NCBI GenBank assembly: GCA_964291295.2
Contig: OZ219754.1
Location: 1,696,001-1,760,000, forward strand
DNA: 64,000 nt
From: an uncultured Candidatus Binatia bacterium
GTDB lineage: Bacteria > Desulfobacterota > Binatia > UBA9968 > JAJDTQ01
Direction: 5' to 3'
The position numbers and the translations under genes were made by a program. The stretch's first letter is position 1. Each line of letters opens with the position of its first letter. The notes beneath the pieces are model-generated. The model searched no databases. It worked only from the letters and a program-made list of their open reading frames with translations, and was not told the origin of the DNA. Shown here piece after piece: positions 48,237 through 57,592 of this stretch.

Positions 48237-49676
48237 ATGCTGACCCGTCTTGAAGTGGACGGCTTCAAGAATCTGGTCGATTTTTCCATCGATTTCGGCC
48301 CATACACCTGCATTGTCGGACCGAATGGAATCGGGAAATCGAACATATTCGATGCCATCGTTTTTTTGTCGCGTCTGGCCGATAAACCCATCATTGAGGC
48401 AGCTGCCGCTGTCCGCACCGGCTCCGGTGATTTGGATCGGATCGACGATTTGTTTTTCCGCAGCGGCCCTGTGCGCAAGAACTCGTTCAAGATAGCAGCA
48501 GAGATGTTGGTGGAGCGCCGCATTTCCGACGATTTCGGACGTCCCGGGACAGCCACGTCCACCTTTCTTCGTTATGAGATAGAAATCGGGAAAAAAGCAA
48601 AGAGTCGAAGCGACATCGCCCACCCTCTCGACATCGAACTGCGGTCGGAGTCCCTTTATCCTATCCGCAAGGGAGACGCCGCGAAAAAGCTGCGGTTCCC
48701 GCATTCGAAGTTTAAATTCAGGGATCGAGCGGTGCAAAACCACAGATTCACCAGAGCCGGCTATATTTCCACCGAAAACGGCATTGGCAAAGAGGCAGAG
48801 ATCGTTGTTCACCAAGATGGTGGTTCCAGGGGACCTGGGCAAAAAGCCCCTGCCCGCGGTGCGCCTCGGACGATTGTCGGAACGACCAACACCATCGCAA
48901 CCCCGACAATTCTCGCTGCACGGCGGGAAATGCAACGTTGGCGTTTGCTGTCCTTGGAGCCAAGTGCTATGCGCCGCCCGGATCGCCTGGGCCGCGATCC
49001 CGATATGGTCTCAGACAATGGAGCCCATCTCGCCGCTGCTCTTTACCGGCTCAAGAACGCTGAAGCAAGCGGCATCGATGCTATCGCAAATATTTCATCG
49101 AGGTTATCGGAACTTGTTCCTGTTACCCGCATTGATGCGATTCGCGATGAGACTCGCCAACTCCTGACATTGGAAGTCACCGAACGCGATGGCCAGCAAT
49201 TTTCGGCAAGTGCCATATCAGACGGGACTTTGCGGTTTCTCGCTCTTGCGATATTGGCGGAGGATCCAAAGGCTCAGGGCCTGCTTTGCATGGAAGAGCC
49301 CGAGAACGGCGTTCATCCAGAACGTTTGGAATCCATGGCCAACCTGATACGAGACATGGCAGTGGATGCCGGCGATGAACTGGACGACGACAATGTCATG
49401 CGTCAGGCAATTGCAGCGACACATTCTCCTTATTTTCTCCAGCTTCAGAACGAGGACGATATATTGCTGGCAAAGGAAATTGTTCGACGACATGAGAGTC
49501 AACCGATACCGGTTCTGCGGTGCTATCCGCTGACAAGGACTTGGCGCGCCAAGTTGGGCGAACCAAATTTGGCCCTTGGCCTGTCCACGATATTACCCTA
49601 TCTCAGTCCGCCGGCTGGCGCTCAATTGAAGCTACCACTGCCACTTCAGCCACATCCGCCGGTTGCAATACCATGA
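48237..49676 (+). CDS. ABC/SMC-like AAA ATPase (AAA_21/RecF-like)
   Basis: VDGFKNL, GPNGIGKSN, ISDGTLR, MEEPENGVHP, ATHSP. Confidence 0.92.
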   Translation: MLTRLEVDGFKNLVDFSIDFGPYTCIVGPNGIGKSNIFDAIVFLSRLADKPIIEAAAAVRTGSGDLDRIDDLFFRSGPVRKNSFKIAAEMLVERRISDDFGRPGTATSTFLRYEIEIGKKAKSRSDIAHPLDIELRSESLYPIRKGDAAKKLRFPHSKFKFRDRAVQNHRFTRAGYISTENGIGKEAEIVVHQDGGSRGPGQKAPARGAPRTIVGTTNTIATPTILAARREMQRWRLLSLEPSAMRRPDRLGRDPDMVSDNGAHLAAALYRLKNAEASGIDAIANISSRLSELVPVTRIDAIRDETRQLLTLEVTERDGQQFSASAISDGTLRFLALAILAEDPKAQGLLCMEEPENGVHPERLESMANLIRDMAVDAGDELDDDNVMRQAIAATHSPYFLQLQNEDDILLAKEIVRRHESQPIPVLRCYPLTRTWRAKLGEPNLALGLSTILPYLSPPAGAQLKLPLPLQPHPPVAIP

Positions 49677-50326
49677 ACGGGAGAATTGTCCGATTTGCCT
49701 TGATTTGCGAAGGAAATTCGGACAAGGCTCTCGTCGAACACCTTCAAGGCCTATTGATTTATTGTGGGGCAGCAGAAGCTGTCGGCGTAGCGGTTTCCCA
49801 GTCGTCGATAAGGCCATTGAAGACCGGGGCGACGAGGGCGATCGGCGATAAGATTCGAGCGTTTCTGTCGTTCGATTCGGAATATGATCTTCTGTTCATC
49901 CACAGGGACACAGACAATATGAATTATGAAAGCAGATTTGCGGAAATCGAGAGCGGAATGGCCGGAGTCCAAGTAACTTTCTTCTGGATTCCAGCGATTC
50001 CGGTGAGGGAGACGGAGGCTTGGCTTCTGCTGGATGAGGCGGCAATCCGAAGGGCCGCCGGCAACCCGAGAGGAAAGGTGCCTCTCGGGTTGCCAGAACC
50101 CGTCCGGATAGAGGATGTTGCAAACCCAAAGGAGGTTCTCAGGACAGCGCTTTCGACCGCCAGCGGCCAGCAAGGGGGACGTTTGCGGAGATTCAAGAAG
50201 AAGTTCTCGCAGCAAAGACGTAGTCTTTTGGAACAACTACCCGTCGGTGGCCCTTTGGAACATGTCCCGGCATGGTGCCGACTGAAGCGGGCCGTGGAGG
50301 ATTTCGTGAGTGCTCCCGCCGAATAG
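49673..50326 (+). CDS. DUF4276/RloB-like TOPRIM-fold protein
   Basis: LICEGNSD, IHRDTD, PVRETEAWLL, NPKEVL; ATGA overlap with the ATPase. Confidence 0.8.
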   Translation: MNGRIVRFALICEGNSDKALVEHLQGLLIYCGAAEAVGVAVSQSSIRPLKTGATRAIGDKIRAFLSFDSEYDLLFIHRDTDNMNYESRFAEIESGMAGVQVTFFWIPAIPVRETEAWLLLDEAAIRRAAGNPRGKVPLGLPEPVRIEDVANPKEVLRTALSTASGQQGGRLRRFKKKFSQQRRSLLEQLPVGGPLEHVPAWCRLKRAVEDFVSAPAE

Positions 50327-50507
50327 CGGAAGGGACACCGTCTTGATAGCCTCGGTGGCTCTTTCCCGTTGGTCGTCCATGTTTGTTGCGGCCTCGCTGT
50401 CGACGCTTGCTATAGGGACGCTCTCGTCACGGCCGGGCGGATCCGAAAGACTCGGCCATTCGGCCAACTCCCCCGGTGCATCACCTTCCGGCGGTCCCGG
50501 CACCCCC

Positions 50508-53381
50508 TCACTCCCTTGGCGGGAACTCGAATCCGACCTTGCCGCGGTTGCCGAGGGTGAGCCAGGCGGCGAAGGGCCGGCCGGACCTGGACGAGATGAA
50601 GTTCGGCAGGAGTTCGGTCTTTCCTTCGGCCAGCAGCCGGGTCATCTCGGCCCGTTCCAGGGGCTGATCGAGGATGACGGTGGCGGTCTTGAAGCGGCAG
50701 GGTCGCGTCTCCGCCTGAAAGTTCTCGCATACGTACTCGCGGTTCCACTCGAAGACCCGGCCGTCGCACCGGGGGCACTGGCCCAAGGATTCCTGACCCG
50801 AGAAGTCGGCCTTGACCGCCGGTTTGCCCCCGGCGCTATCGGCCTTCTTCCTGTCGGGGCGCGGTTCGAACTCGAAGCTCACCTTGCCTTCCTTCATCAC
50901 CAGGAAGGCCTTGAATGAACGGCCGGTGCGCGACGACACGAATCCCGTCAGGAGATCGGTCTTTCCTTCCGCCAGCAGTTTCGCCATCTGTTCCCGCGCC
51001 ACTTCCTGGCGCAGGATGACCCTGCCGGAACCGAACTCGCAGGTGCGTGCGTCGCCGGTGGCGTGCTCGCATACGTAGCGCATGGCCAGCTCGAACACGC
51101 GGCCGCCGCACCGGGGGCATGATCCGAGGGGTTCCTGGCCGGTGAAGTCCGGGGCGCCCTCGACTTCGCCGTCGCCGTTTCGCGATTCGCCGCCGAAGTC
51201 GAACGCGATGCGGAACTCGGGGGACAGTTTCAGCACGGCGGCGAACGGTCGCCCCTGGCGGCTGCGGAATCCCTGCAACGGATCGGTCTGGCCGTTCTCG
51301 ATCAACGTTTCGATTTCCTTGGCCCCGAGCAGCCGCCCGGCCAGGATCTTGGGCAGGTTCACCTCGCAGTTCGTGCACTGGTAGTTCCGGTAGCGCTCGT
51401 GCACCTCGCCCCCGCACCTGGGGCATGGCACCGAGAGGGAGCCGAAGTCGCCCGGAATGGTGTCGTGCTCGTACTGCCGCGCCCGGTCCACGATCTGCCG
51501 GGTCATCTGGGCGATTTCGGCCATGAACTCGTCGCGGCTCTTCTTGCCGCCCTGCATCTGGAACAGCTGGTATTCCCAGTTGCCGGTGAGTTCGGGCCGG
51601 GTGAGTTCCCGGACGCCGAGACCGTTGAGCAGTTCCATGAGCATGAAGGCCTTGGAGGTGGCATGGAGTTCCTTGCCCTCCCGAACGAGGTAGTCCTCGT
51701 CCAGGAGCCCTTCGATGATCGACGCCCGGGTGGCGGAAGTGCCGAGGCCCTTGCCGGCCATGGCCGCGCGCAGATCGTCATCCGTGACCAGTCGGCCCGC
51801 CCCTTCCATGGCGCCGAGCAGTGTGGCTTCGGTGAGCCGCGCCGGCGGCCGGGTCTCGCTCTGCTTGACGTCGACGCCGAGAGTTTCGACCTGCACGGGA
51901 GGGTCGTCGGCCTTCCGGCCCGGCACCATCGTCGCTCCGGACGCACCGGCCCTCGTGGGCGCCGAGGTCGTTCCGTTTGCCTTCAGGGGTGCCAGCGTCT
52001 CGTCCCCCCGCTTCTCGGCGCTCTTGCCATGGACCTCCAGCCAGCCCGCCTTGACCAGGACCTTGCCGGTGGTCTTGAAGGGCTCGCCTTCCACCCGCGT
52101 GATCCGGGTGGTCTCCAGGAATTCGGCGGCGGGGTGGAAGATCGCCAGGAAGCGCCGGGTCACCACGTCGTAGATTCGCTGCTCGATCTCGTTCAGGCGC
52201 CTGGGCGCCTCGGTGGTGGGGATGATCGCGAAGTGGTCCGATACCTTGGCGTTGTTGAAGATGCGCTTGTTGGGCCTGACCCAGCCGTTTTCCAGGATGG
52301 CGCCGGCGAATGGTGCGTACTCCGTGCCCTTGAGCATCTCGAGCGACTCCTTGACCGTGTTCACGTAGTCCTCGGGCAGCGCCCGGGAGTCGGTACGCGG
52401 GTACGTCAACACCTTGTGCCGTTCGTACAGGGTCTGGGCGACCTGCACGGTGCGCCTGGCGCTCAGGCCGAAACGGGCGTTGGCCTCGCGCTGGAGGCTG
52501 GTGAGGTCGAACAGGGGCGGCGGCGCCTGGCGGGTGGGCTTGCTCTCCTCCGTCGCGCTGCCGGCCTGGTCCAGACACTTCTCCCGGATGGCCTCGGCCG
52601 CGGCCTGCTCCCAGATCCGTTCGGCGCGGGCATTGGGTTCGCTGTCCTTTTTCCGGAATCCTTCGTTGAACCACCGTCCCTCATACACGCCGCCCTCGGA
52701 CCTGAAGGTGGCCGTGACCTCCCAGTAGGGCTCGGGTTGGAAATCCCGGATGGCGGCCTCGCGCTCCACCACGATGGCAAGGGTGGGCGTCTGCACCCGG
52801 CCCACGGTGGTCTTGTAGAAGCCGCCGGGCTTGGAGTTGAACGCGGTCATGGCGCGGGTGCCGTTGATGCCCACCAGCCAGTCGGCCTCGGAACGGCTCA
52901 GGGCGGCGTCGGCGAGGGGCTGCATCTCCTCGTCCTCCCGAAGCGTCCCGAACCCGTTGCGGATGGCGTCGGGGGTCATGGACTGGAGCCACAACCGCTT
53001 GATGGGCTTCTTTGCCTTGGCATGGCGGACGATGTTCCGGAAGATGAGTTCACCCTCCCGTCCGGCGTCGCAGGCGTTGACCAGGGCGTCCACGTCCTTG
53101 CGCTTCATCAGCTTCACCAGCAGCTTGAGCCGGGAAGCGTTCTTCTCGATGGGCTTGAGATCGAAGTGGGGCGGTATCACCGGCAGGTTCGCGAAGCTCC
53201 ACTTGCCGCGCTTCGCCTCCACCCCCTCCGGCGGAGTCTGCTCCAGAAGGTGGCCCACCGCCGAGGACAGCACGTACGCGTCGCTCTCGTAGTAGTCCTT
53301 GTGCCGCTTGAAGCCGCCCAGGGCCTTGGCCACATCCGCGGCCACCGAAGGCTTCTCCGCGATGATCAGTGCCTTGCTCAT
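50508..53381 (-). CDS. topB: DNA topoisomerase III with C-terminal repeats
   Basis: IAEKPSVA, CDAGREGE, GRVQTPT, LTYPRTDS, DHFAIIPT, GLGTSATR; C-terminal CPRC and F.S.R.GRPF repeats. Confidence 0.93.
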   Translation of the reverse strand: MSKALIIAEKPSVAADVAKALGGFKRHKDYYESDAYVLSSAVGHLLEQTPPEGVEAKRGKWSFANLPVIPPHFDLKPIEKNASRLKLLVKLMKRKDVDALVNACDAGREGELIFRNIVRHAKAKKPIKRLWLQSMTPDAIRNGFGTLREDEEMQPLADAALSRSEADWLVGINGTRAMTAFNSKPGGFYKTTVGRVQTPTLAIVVEREAAIRDFQPEPYWEVTATFRSEGGVYEGRWFNEGFRKKDSEPNARAERIWEQAAAEAIREKCLDQAGSATEESKPTRQAPPPLFDLTSLQREANARFGLSARRTVQVAQTLYERHKVLTYPRTDSRALPEDYVNTVKESLEMLKGTEYAPFAGAILENGWVRPNKRIFNNAKVSDHFAIIPTTEAPRRLNEIEQRIYDVVTRRFLAIFHPAAEFLETTRITRVEGEPFKTTGKVLVKAGWLEVHGKSAEKRGDETLAPLKANGTTSAPTRAGASGATMVPGRKADDPPVQVETLGVDVKQSETRPPARLTEATLLGAMEGAGRLVTDDDLRAAMAGKGLGTSATRASIIEGLLDEDYLVREGKELHATSKAFMLMELLNGLGVRELTRPELTGNWEYQLFQMQGGKKSRDEFMAEIAQMTRQIVDRARQYEHDTIPGDFGSLSVPCPRCGGEVHERYRNYQCTNCEVNLPKILAGRLLGAKEIETLIENGQTDPLQGFRSRQGRPFAAVLKLSPEFRIAFDFGGESRNGDGEVEGAPDFTGQEPLGSCPRCGGRVFELAMRYVCEHATGDARTCEFGSGRVILRQEVAREQMAKLLAEGKTDLLTGFVSSRTGRSFKAFLVMKEGKVSFEFEPRPDRKKADSAGGKPAVKADFSGQESLGQCPRCDGRVFEWNREYVCENFQAETRPCRFKTATVILDQPLERAEMTRLLAEGKTELLPNFISSRSGRPFAAWLTLGNRGKVGFEFPPRE

Positions 53382-53636
53382 GTGGATGTCTCGATTCGGT
53401 GTCTTGATGGGGGTCTCAACAGGGTCTCGATTCGGCGGAAACCCGCACGGGGTCCGCTCCCTCCGCGCCTCCGGCGCGAGCGTGTGAACAGTGCATATGT
53501 CCAAATAGAACATACCTGTCAAGGCGGCGCGGGCAAGCCGTTCGCGGTGCGGGGTGAATCGTTGTAGAAATGGATCGTCGGCCCCCACGGTCCGGGGCAA
53601 GACCGCTTTCGTGGCTCCTGAAGGAGGAACGGACCC

Positions 53637-54464
53637 ATGCCCAATGTGAAGTGCGCCACCGGCGTCGACCTCCATTATGAGACCTTCGGCGAGGGCGAAC
53701 CGCTGATCTTCGTGCCCTCCACCGCCTATTCCGGCGAGGTCTGGAAGCCTTCGCAGATGCCGCTGGCGGATTCCCTGAACCTCATCTTTCACGACCCCCG
53801 GGGGTGCGGGCGCTCGGTGGCGCAGCAGAGCGTCTACACCATCGAACTCATGGCCATGGACGTCGTGGCGCTGATGGACCATATCGGCTGTGCTTCGGCC
53901 CACCTCATCGGCCACTCCATGGGAGGGCGCATCGCGTTGTCCCTGGCCCAGAACTTTCCCGGCCGGATCAAGAGCCTGATCATGGCGGCCGCGGGCTCGG
54001 GCACCGCGGGCCGGGCCGGGCCGGACTGCGTTCCGGGTCTGCCCCATGAACTGGTCCACGAGTTGGTGAGCAAGGGCTTCGAGAAGTTCGTTCGCGACGA
54101 GATCGTGGACTCGGACACCTTTTTCACCGCGGACTACCGGGACAGCCATGGCGACCGGGTGGAGGCCTTCTACCAACTCGCCTGGGAGACCCATGCCAGG
54201 CTGCCGGAGTTCATTCATCTGATCATGGCACGCCACAGCTTCGAGGGCACCCATCGTCTCCAGGACGTGAAGTGCCCGACCCTGGTGCTGATCGGCGACG
54301 GCGACACCGTGGGCAGCAACCACGTGGCCCAGGCCCGGGTGCTGGCGGACCGGATCCCCGGTGCCGAGCTCCAGGTTCTGGCGGGACAAACCCACGGGTT
54401 CTTCTGGCAGGACCCGGCGCTTGCCAACGACGCGATCCTGTCCTGGGTGAAGCGTCAGAGTTGA
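53637..54464 (+). CDS. alpha/beta hydrolase
   Basis: HDPRGCG.S, GHSMGG, LIGDGD, HGFF. Confidence 0.9.
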   Translation: MPNVKCATGVDLHYETFGEGEPLIFVPSTAYSGEVWKPSQMPLADSLNLIFHDPRGCGRSVAQQSVYTIELMAMDVVALMDHIGCASAHLIGHSMGGRIALSLAQNFPGRIKSLIMAAAGSGTAGRAGPDCVPGLPHELVHELVSKGFEKFVRDEIVDSDTFFTADYRDSHGDRVEAFYQLAWETHARLPEFIHLIMARHSFEGTHRLQDVKCPTLVLIGDGDTVGSNHVAQARVLADRIPGAELQVLAGQTHGFFWQDPALANDAILSWVKRQS

Positions 54465-54510
54465 CGCGCCGCCCTGCCGGAACGCCGAGCCGACCCTTCT
54501 TCCGGTCTTC

Positions 54511-55728
54511 ATGCCGCATCAGGCTGCCCGGCCGAGTTTCTGGACGCGCACGTTCATCCTGTTGAGCGCGTCGCAGTTCCTTGCCTACGGGCACCATGCC
54601 GCGCTGACGCCCACGCTGCCCCTGTATCTGGACCACTTGGGCAGTTCGCCTTTCATGGTGGGCCTGCTGCTGGCCTGCTTCAGCGCCACCAGCGTGGTGA
54701 TCCGGCCGCTGGTGGGTACATGGGTGGACTCCGGGGGCGAGCTTCGGGTCCTCGGTCTGAGTTGCCTCGGCCTGTGCGTGACCGTGCTGATCTTCATCGT
54801 CCCCAATGTCGAAGGCGCCTTTGCAGCCAACCTCCTGCGGGGTTTTTCCTGGGCCGGCATCAATACCAGCGGCTATGCGTTCCTGGCCGCGGTGGTGCCC
54901 CCCGACCGCAGGGGTGAGGCCAGCGGTTATTACTCCGGCATCCAGAGCAGCGCCTCCCTGTTCTTTCCCCCGGCGGCGTTGTGGATCATCGGCCTCCCGG
55001 CGGGCGGCCATGCCGCGGTTTTCGTCGTATCCAGCGCCGCCGCGCTGCTGGCGGCCGTGCTGGCACGGGCATGCGGCCGGAGTGTGCGCCGCGGTCCCGC
55101 GCCGCCCGCCCCGGCCGTCGTCGCCCGTCCCGCCGCCCGTCCTGTCCGCCGGTGGCGGAACTGTTTCGACCGGGGAATCCTGTTCACGGCCCTGCTGCTC
55201 TTCTGCATGAACCTGCCCTGGTCGGGCCTCAATTCCTTCATCGTCCTGTATGCCCGGGAGGTGGGCATCGAGAACCTGGGCTGGTACTTCGCGGCCATCG
55301 GACTGGCCAGCGTCGTGGGCCGGCCGCTGCTCGGCCGGGTGTCGGACAAGGTCGGCCGCGGGCCTGCGGTGGCGGCGGCCTATGTGCTGGAGATCGCCGG
55401 CGTCGCTCTGGTGCTGCTGGCGTCCGACGTCACCGTGATGGCGCTTGCGGGAGCGTTGTACTTCTTCGGCTATGCCCTGGGTGTTTCGACTACGCTGGCC
55501 CTGGCCATGGAGCGGGGCGACCCCAAGCGCCGCGGTGTCACCATGGCCACCTTCTCCATGGCGTTCCCGCTGGGCTCCGGGCTGGGATCGGCCCTCTCCG
55601 GCGGCGTGATCGCGGTGGCGGGGTACCGCGGCATGTACATGAGCATGGTCGGGGTGCTGGCGTCGGGGTTGGTGCTGTCTCTGTGCAATCGGGCGGCGTT
55701 GACCGCGCCGGCGCGCCCGGCCGCGTGA
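54511..55728 (+). CDS. MFS transporter
   Basis: RPLVGTWVD, PPDRRGEASG, GRVSDKVGR; 12 hydrophobic segments. Confidence 0.9.
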   Translation: MPHQAARPSFWTRTFILLSASQFLAYGHHAALTPTLPLYLDHLGSSPFMVGLLLACFSATSVVIRPLVGTWVDSGGELRVLGLSCLGLCVTVLIFIVPNVEGAFAANLLRGFSWAGINTSGYAFLAAVVPPDRRGEASGYYSGIQSSASLFFPPAALWIIGLPAGGHAAVFVVSSAAALLAAVLARACGRSVRRGPAPPAPAVVARPAARPVRRWRNCFDRGILFTALLLFCMNLPWSGLNSFIVLYAREVGIENLGWYFAAIGLASVVGRPLLGRVSDKVGRGPAVAAAYVLEIAGVALVLLASDVTVMALAGALYFFGYALGVSTTLALAMERGDPKRRGVTMATFSMAFPLGSGLGSALSGGVIAVAGYRGMYMSMVGVLASGLVLSLCNRAALTAPARPAA

Positions 55729-55829
55729 ACGGAAAGGTTTTCCCATCGGGCCGGGCTTGTGTTAGCTTGGCGGCTGGTTCAAGAGGGCACAGTCTGTTCC
55801 GGATCATCAAAAAGGCGAAGGAGGTTCTC

Positions 55830-56930
55830 ATGGTTCTCGACGTGTTCAGGAAGAAGAGCCGGTCGCGGCGGTCCCTTGGCGGTGTCTCTGCCGCGGTGTG
55901 CGCGGTGTCGTTGCTGGTCCCCGCCGGCGCATGGGCGCAACGCTCGGAGGCGGAGCTGGCCAAGCTCTTCGAATCCAAGCCGGTGAACATCATCGTCGGC
56001 TCGGCCCCCGGCGGCGGCTACGACACTTTCTCCCGGCTGGTGGCCCGTTTCGTGGCCCGGTACCTGCCGGGCAACCCGTCCTTCATCGTCCGCAACGTGC
56101 CGGGAGCGGGTCAGTTGCGCGGTCTGCGCCGGGCCATGAAGGCCAAGCCGGACGGCATGACCCTGGGACTGCTTCATCCCCGGTTCGTCCAGCGTGAACT
56201 GGCGGGCAAGGACGTACCGGACTTCGACCTCAAGACCGTGCGCGTGCTGGGAAGCCCCAGCGCCGGCGAGGTGCCCCGCATCTGGTGCGTGCGCCGCAGC
56301 ATCGGCACGACCTACGCGGATCTGGTCAAGCGCGGCCAGCCCGTGACCACCGGCGGCAACGCCCCGGGCGCGGCTTTCGGCATCGGCCCCCAGTTCGCCA
56401 TGGAGATGGGCGGCCCGGTGAAGATGGTCTACGGCTACGGCGGCACCTCCGAGATCATGGCCGCCTTCGACCGGGACGAAATGGAAGGCGTCGACCGTTG
56501 CGTGGAGGAGAACGTCCCGCGTCTTTTCCCGAAGTGGGTCACGGACAGGAAGGCGGCTCCCATCTTCTGGTGGGAGAAGGAGCCGTCCAGCGACTGGCTG
56601 GGCAAGCTGGGTGCCACCGACGTGCCGCACATCTTCGATGTCGTGAAGTCCACCGAGGAACAGCAGAACGCCTTCCTGGTGGCCCAGAGGTTCAACACCT
56701 TCAGCCGGATCTACGTGCTTCAGCCCAAGGTGCCGAATGATGTCTACAACGTCTGGAAAAAGGCCTTCGAGGAGACCACCAAGGACGCGGATTTCCTGAA
56801 GGCGGCCGGGGTCGCGGGCTACGAGGTCGCACTGGGCACCGCGGAAGACTTCAACGACGGGCTCAAGCGCTACCAGTCGCTGACACCGGACGGCGAGAAG
56901 CTGCTCAAGAAGCTCATGGGCATCAACTAG
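55830..56930 (+). CDS. Bug/TctC tripartite tricarboxylate transporter binding protein
   Basis: IIVGSAPGGGYD, NVPGAG, KPDG.TL, GYGGTSE; AAGGAGG RBS. Confidence 0.88.
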   Translation: MVLDVFRKKSRSRRSLGGVSAAVCAVSLLVPAGAWAQRSEAELAKLFESKPVNIIVGSAPGGGYDTFSRLVARFVARYLPGNPSFIVRNVPGAGQLRGLRRAMKAKPDGMTLGLLHPRFVQRELAGKDVPDFDLKTVRVLGSPSAGEVPRIWCVRRSIGTTYADLVKRGQPVTTGGNAPGAAFGIGPQFAMEMGGPVKMVYGYGGTSEIMAAFDRDEMEGVDRCVEENVPRLFPKWVTDRKAAPIFWWEKEPSSDWLGKLGATDVPHIFDVVKSTEEQQNAFLVAQRFNTFSRIYVLQPKVPNDVYNVWKKAFEETTKDADFLKAAGVAGYEVALGTAEDFNDGLKRYQSLTPDGEKLLKKLMGIN

Positions 56931-57011
56931 AAACAAGTGGAAGTTGGGGGGAAGGGCGCGGGCGGGTTTCGGACCGCTCCGGCACCGCCGGCAGCCGTCC
57001 CCCGGCAAGCA

Positions 57012-57046
57012 GAAAGGCCATCCGTCATCCGGCGGATGGCCTTTTC
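57012..57046. terminator. bidirectional hairpin terminator between convergent tctC and tctB
   Basis: AAAGGCCATCCG-8-CGGATGGCCTTT inverted repeat. Confidence 0.8.
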
Positions 57047-57056
57047 GCGTCGGGTG

Positions 57057-57575
57057 TCAGCCCCAGAACAGCCTCAGAAGCGGCGGGTCGTGCCAAGTGG
57101 CGTTCAGGAACCGGTCGTAGACCCCCACGATCAGGGCCAGGAACAGCAGCCCCAGGACCGTGGACCAGAACCATCCGGCGCGACCGTAGACCCACACGTA
57201 GAAGAAGACGCCCAACGGCACGGCGATGTGGAATCCCACCAGCCAGATGGCGGCGTAGAGGCCCACGATGTAGAGACAGATGCGGGCGAAGCGGATGCGT
57301 TCCCCGCGAGGGTCGGCGCCGGTGCGGAAGCCCAGGTCCATGATCTGCTCGGGCCGGGTCTCCCGGGTGGTTCGGATCAGGGTGATCAGGCGCGCGATCC
57401 AGAACGGCGTGCCCAGCCCGACCGCGATACGCGGCATCAGGGCCGAGCCCGCGGGCCAGGAGAAGGACTCGATGAACATGTAGAGGAAGAGTGCGCCGAC
57501 GATGGCCAGCAGGATGATCTCCCCCACCACTTCGACGGTGAAGCCGCGCCGCCTCGTCTCCGCGCCCGGGTCCAT
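57057..57575 (-). CDS. TctB-like small permease
   Basis: Hydrophobic 172 aa ORF directly downstream of tctA; GGAGG RBS. Confidence 0.8.
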   Translation of the reverse strand: MDPGAETRRRGFTVEVVGEIILLAIVGALFLYMFIESFSWPAGSALMPRIAVGLGTPFWIARLITLIRTTRETRPEQIMDLGFRTGADPRGERIRFARICLYIVGLYAAIWLVGFHIAVPLGVFFYVWVYGRAGWFWSTVLGLLFLALIVGVYDRFLNATWHDPPLLRLFWG

Positions 57576-57592
57576 GTTCTCGCCTCCGTCCC

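Noticed and set aside
50508-54512. Apparent giant fusions in the ORF track (topB 1334 aa, SDR 651 aa, hydrolase 821 aa, tctC 649 aa, tctB 686 aa)
   Set aside because: The N-terminal extensions overlap other genes and are Arg/Gly/Pro-rich noise; better starts, several with a clear RBS, lie downstream
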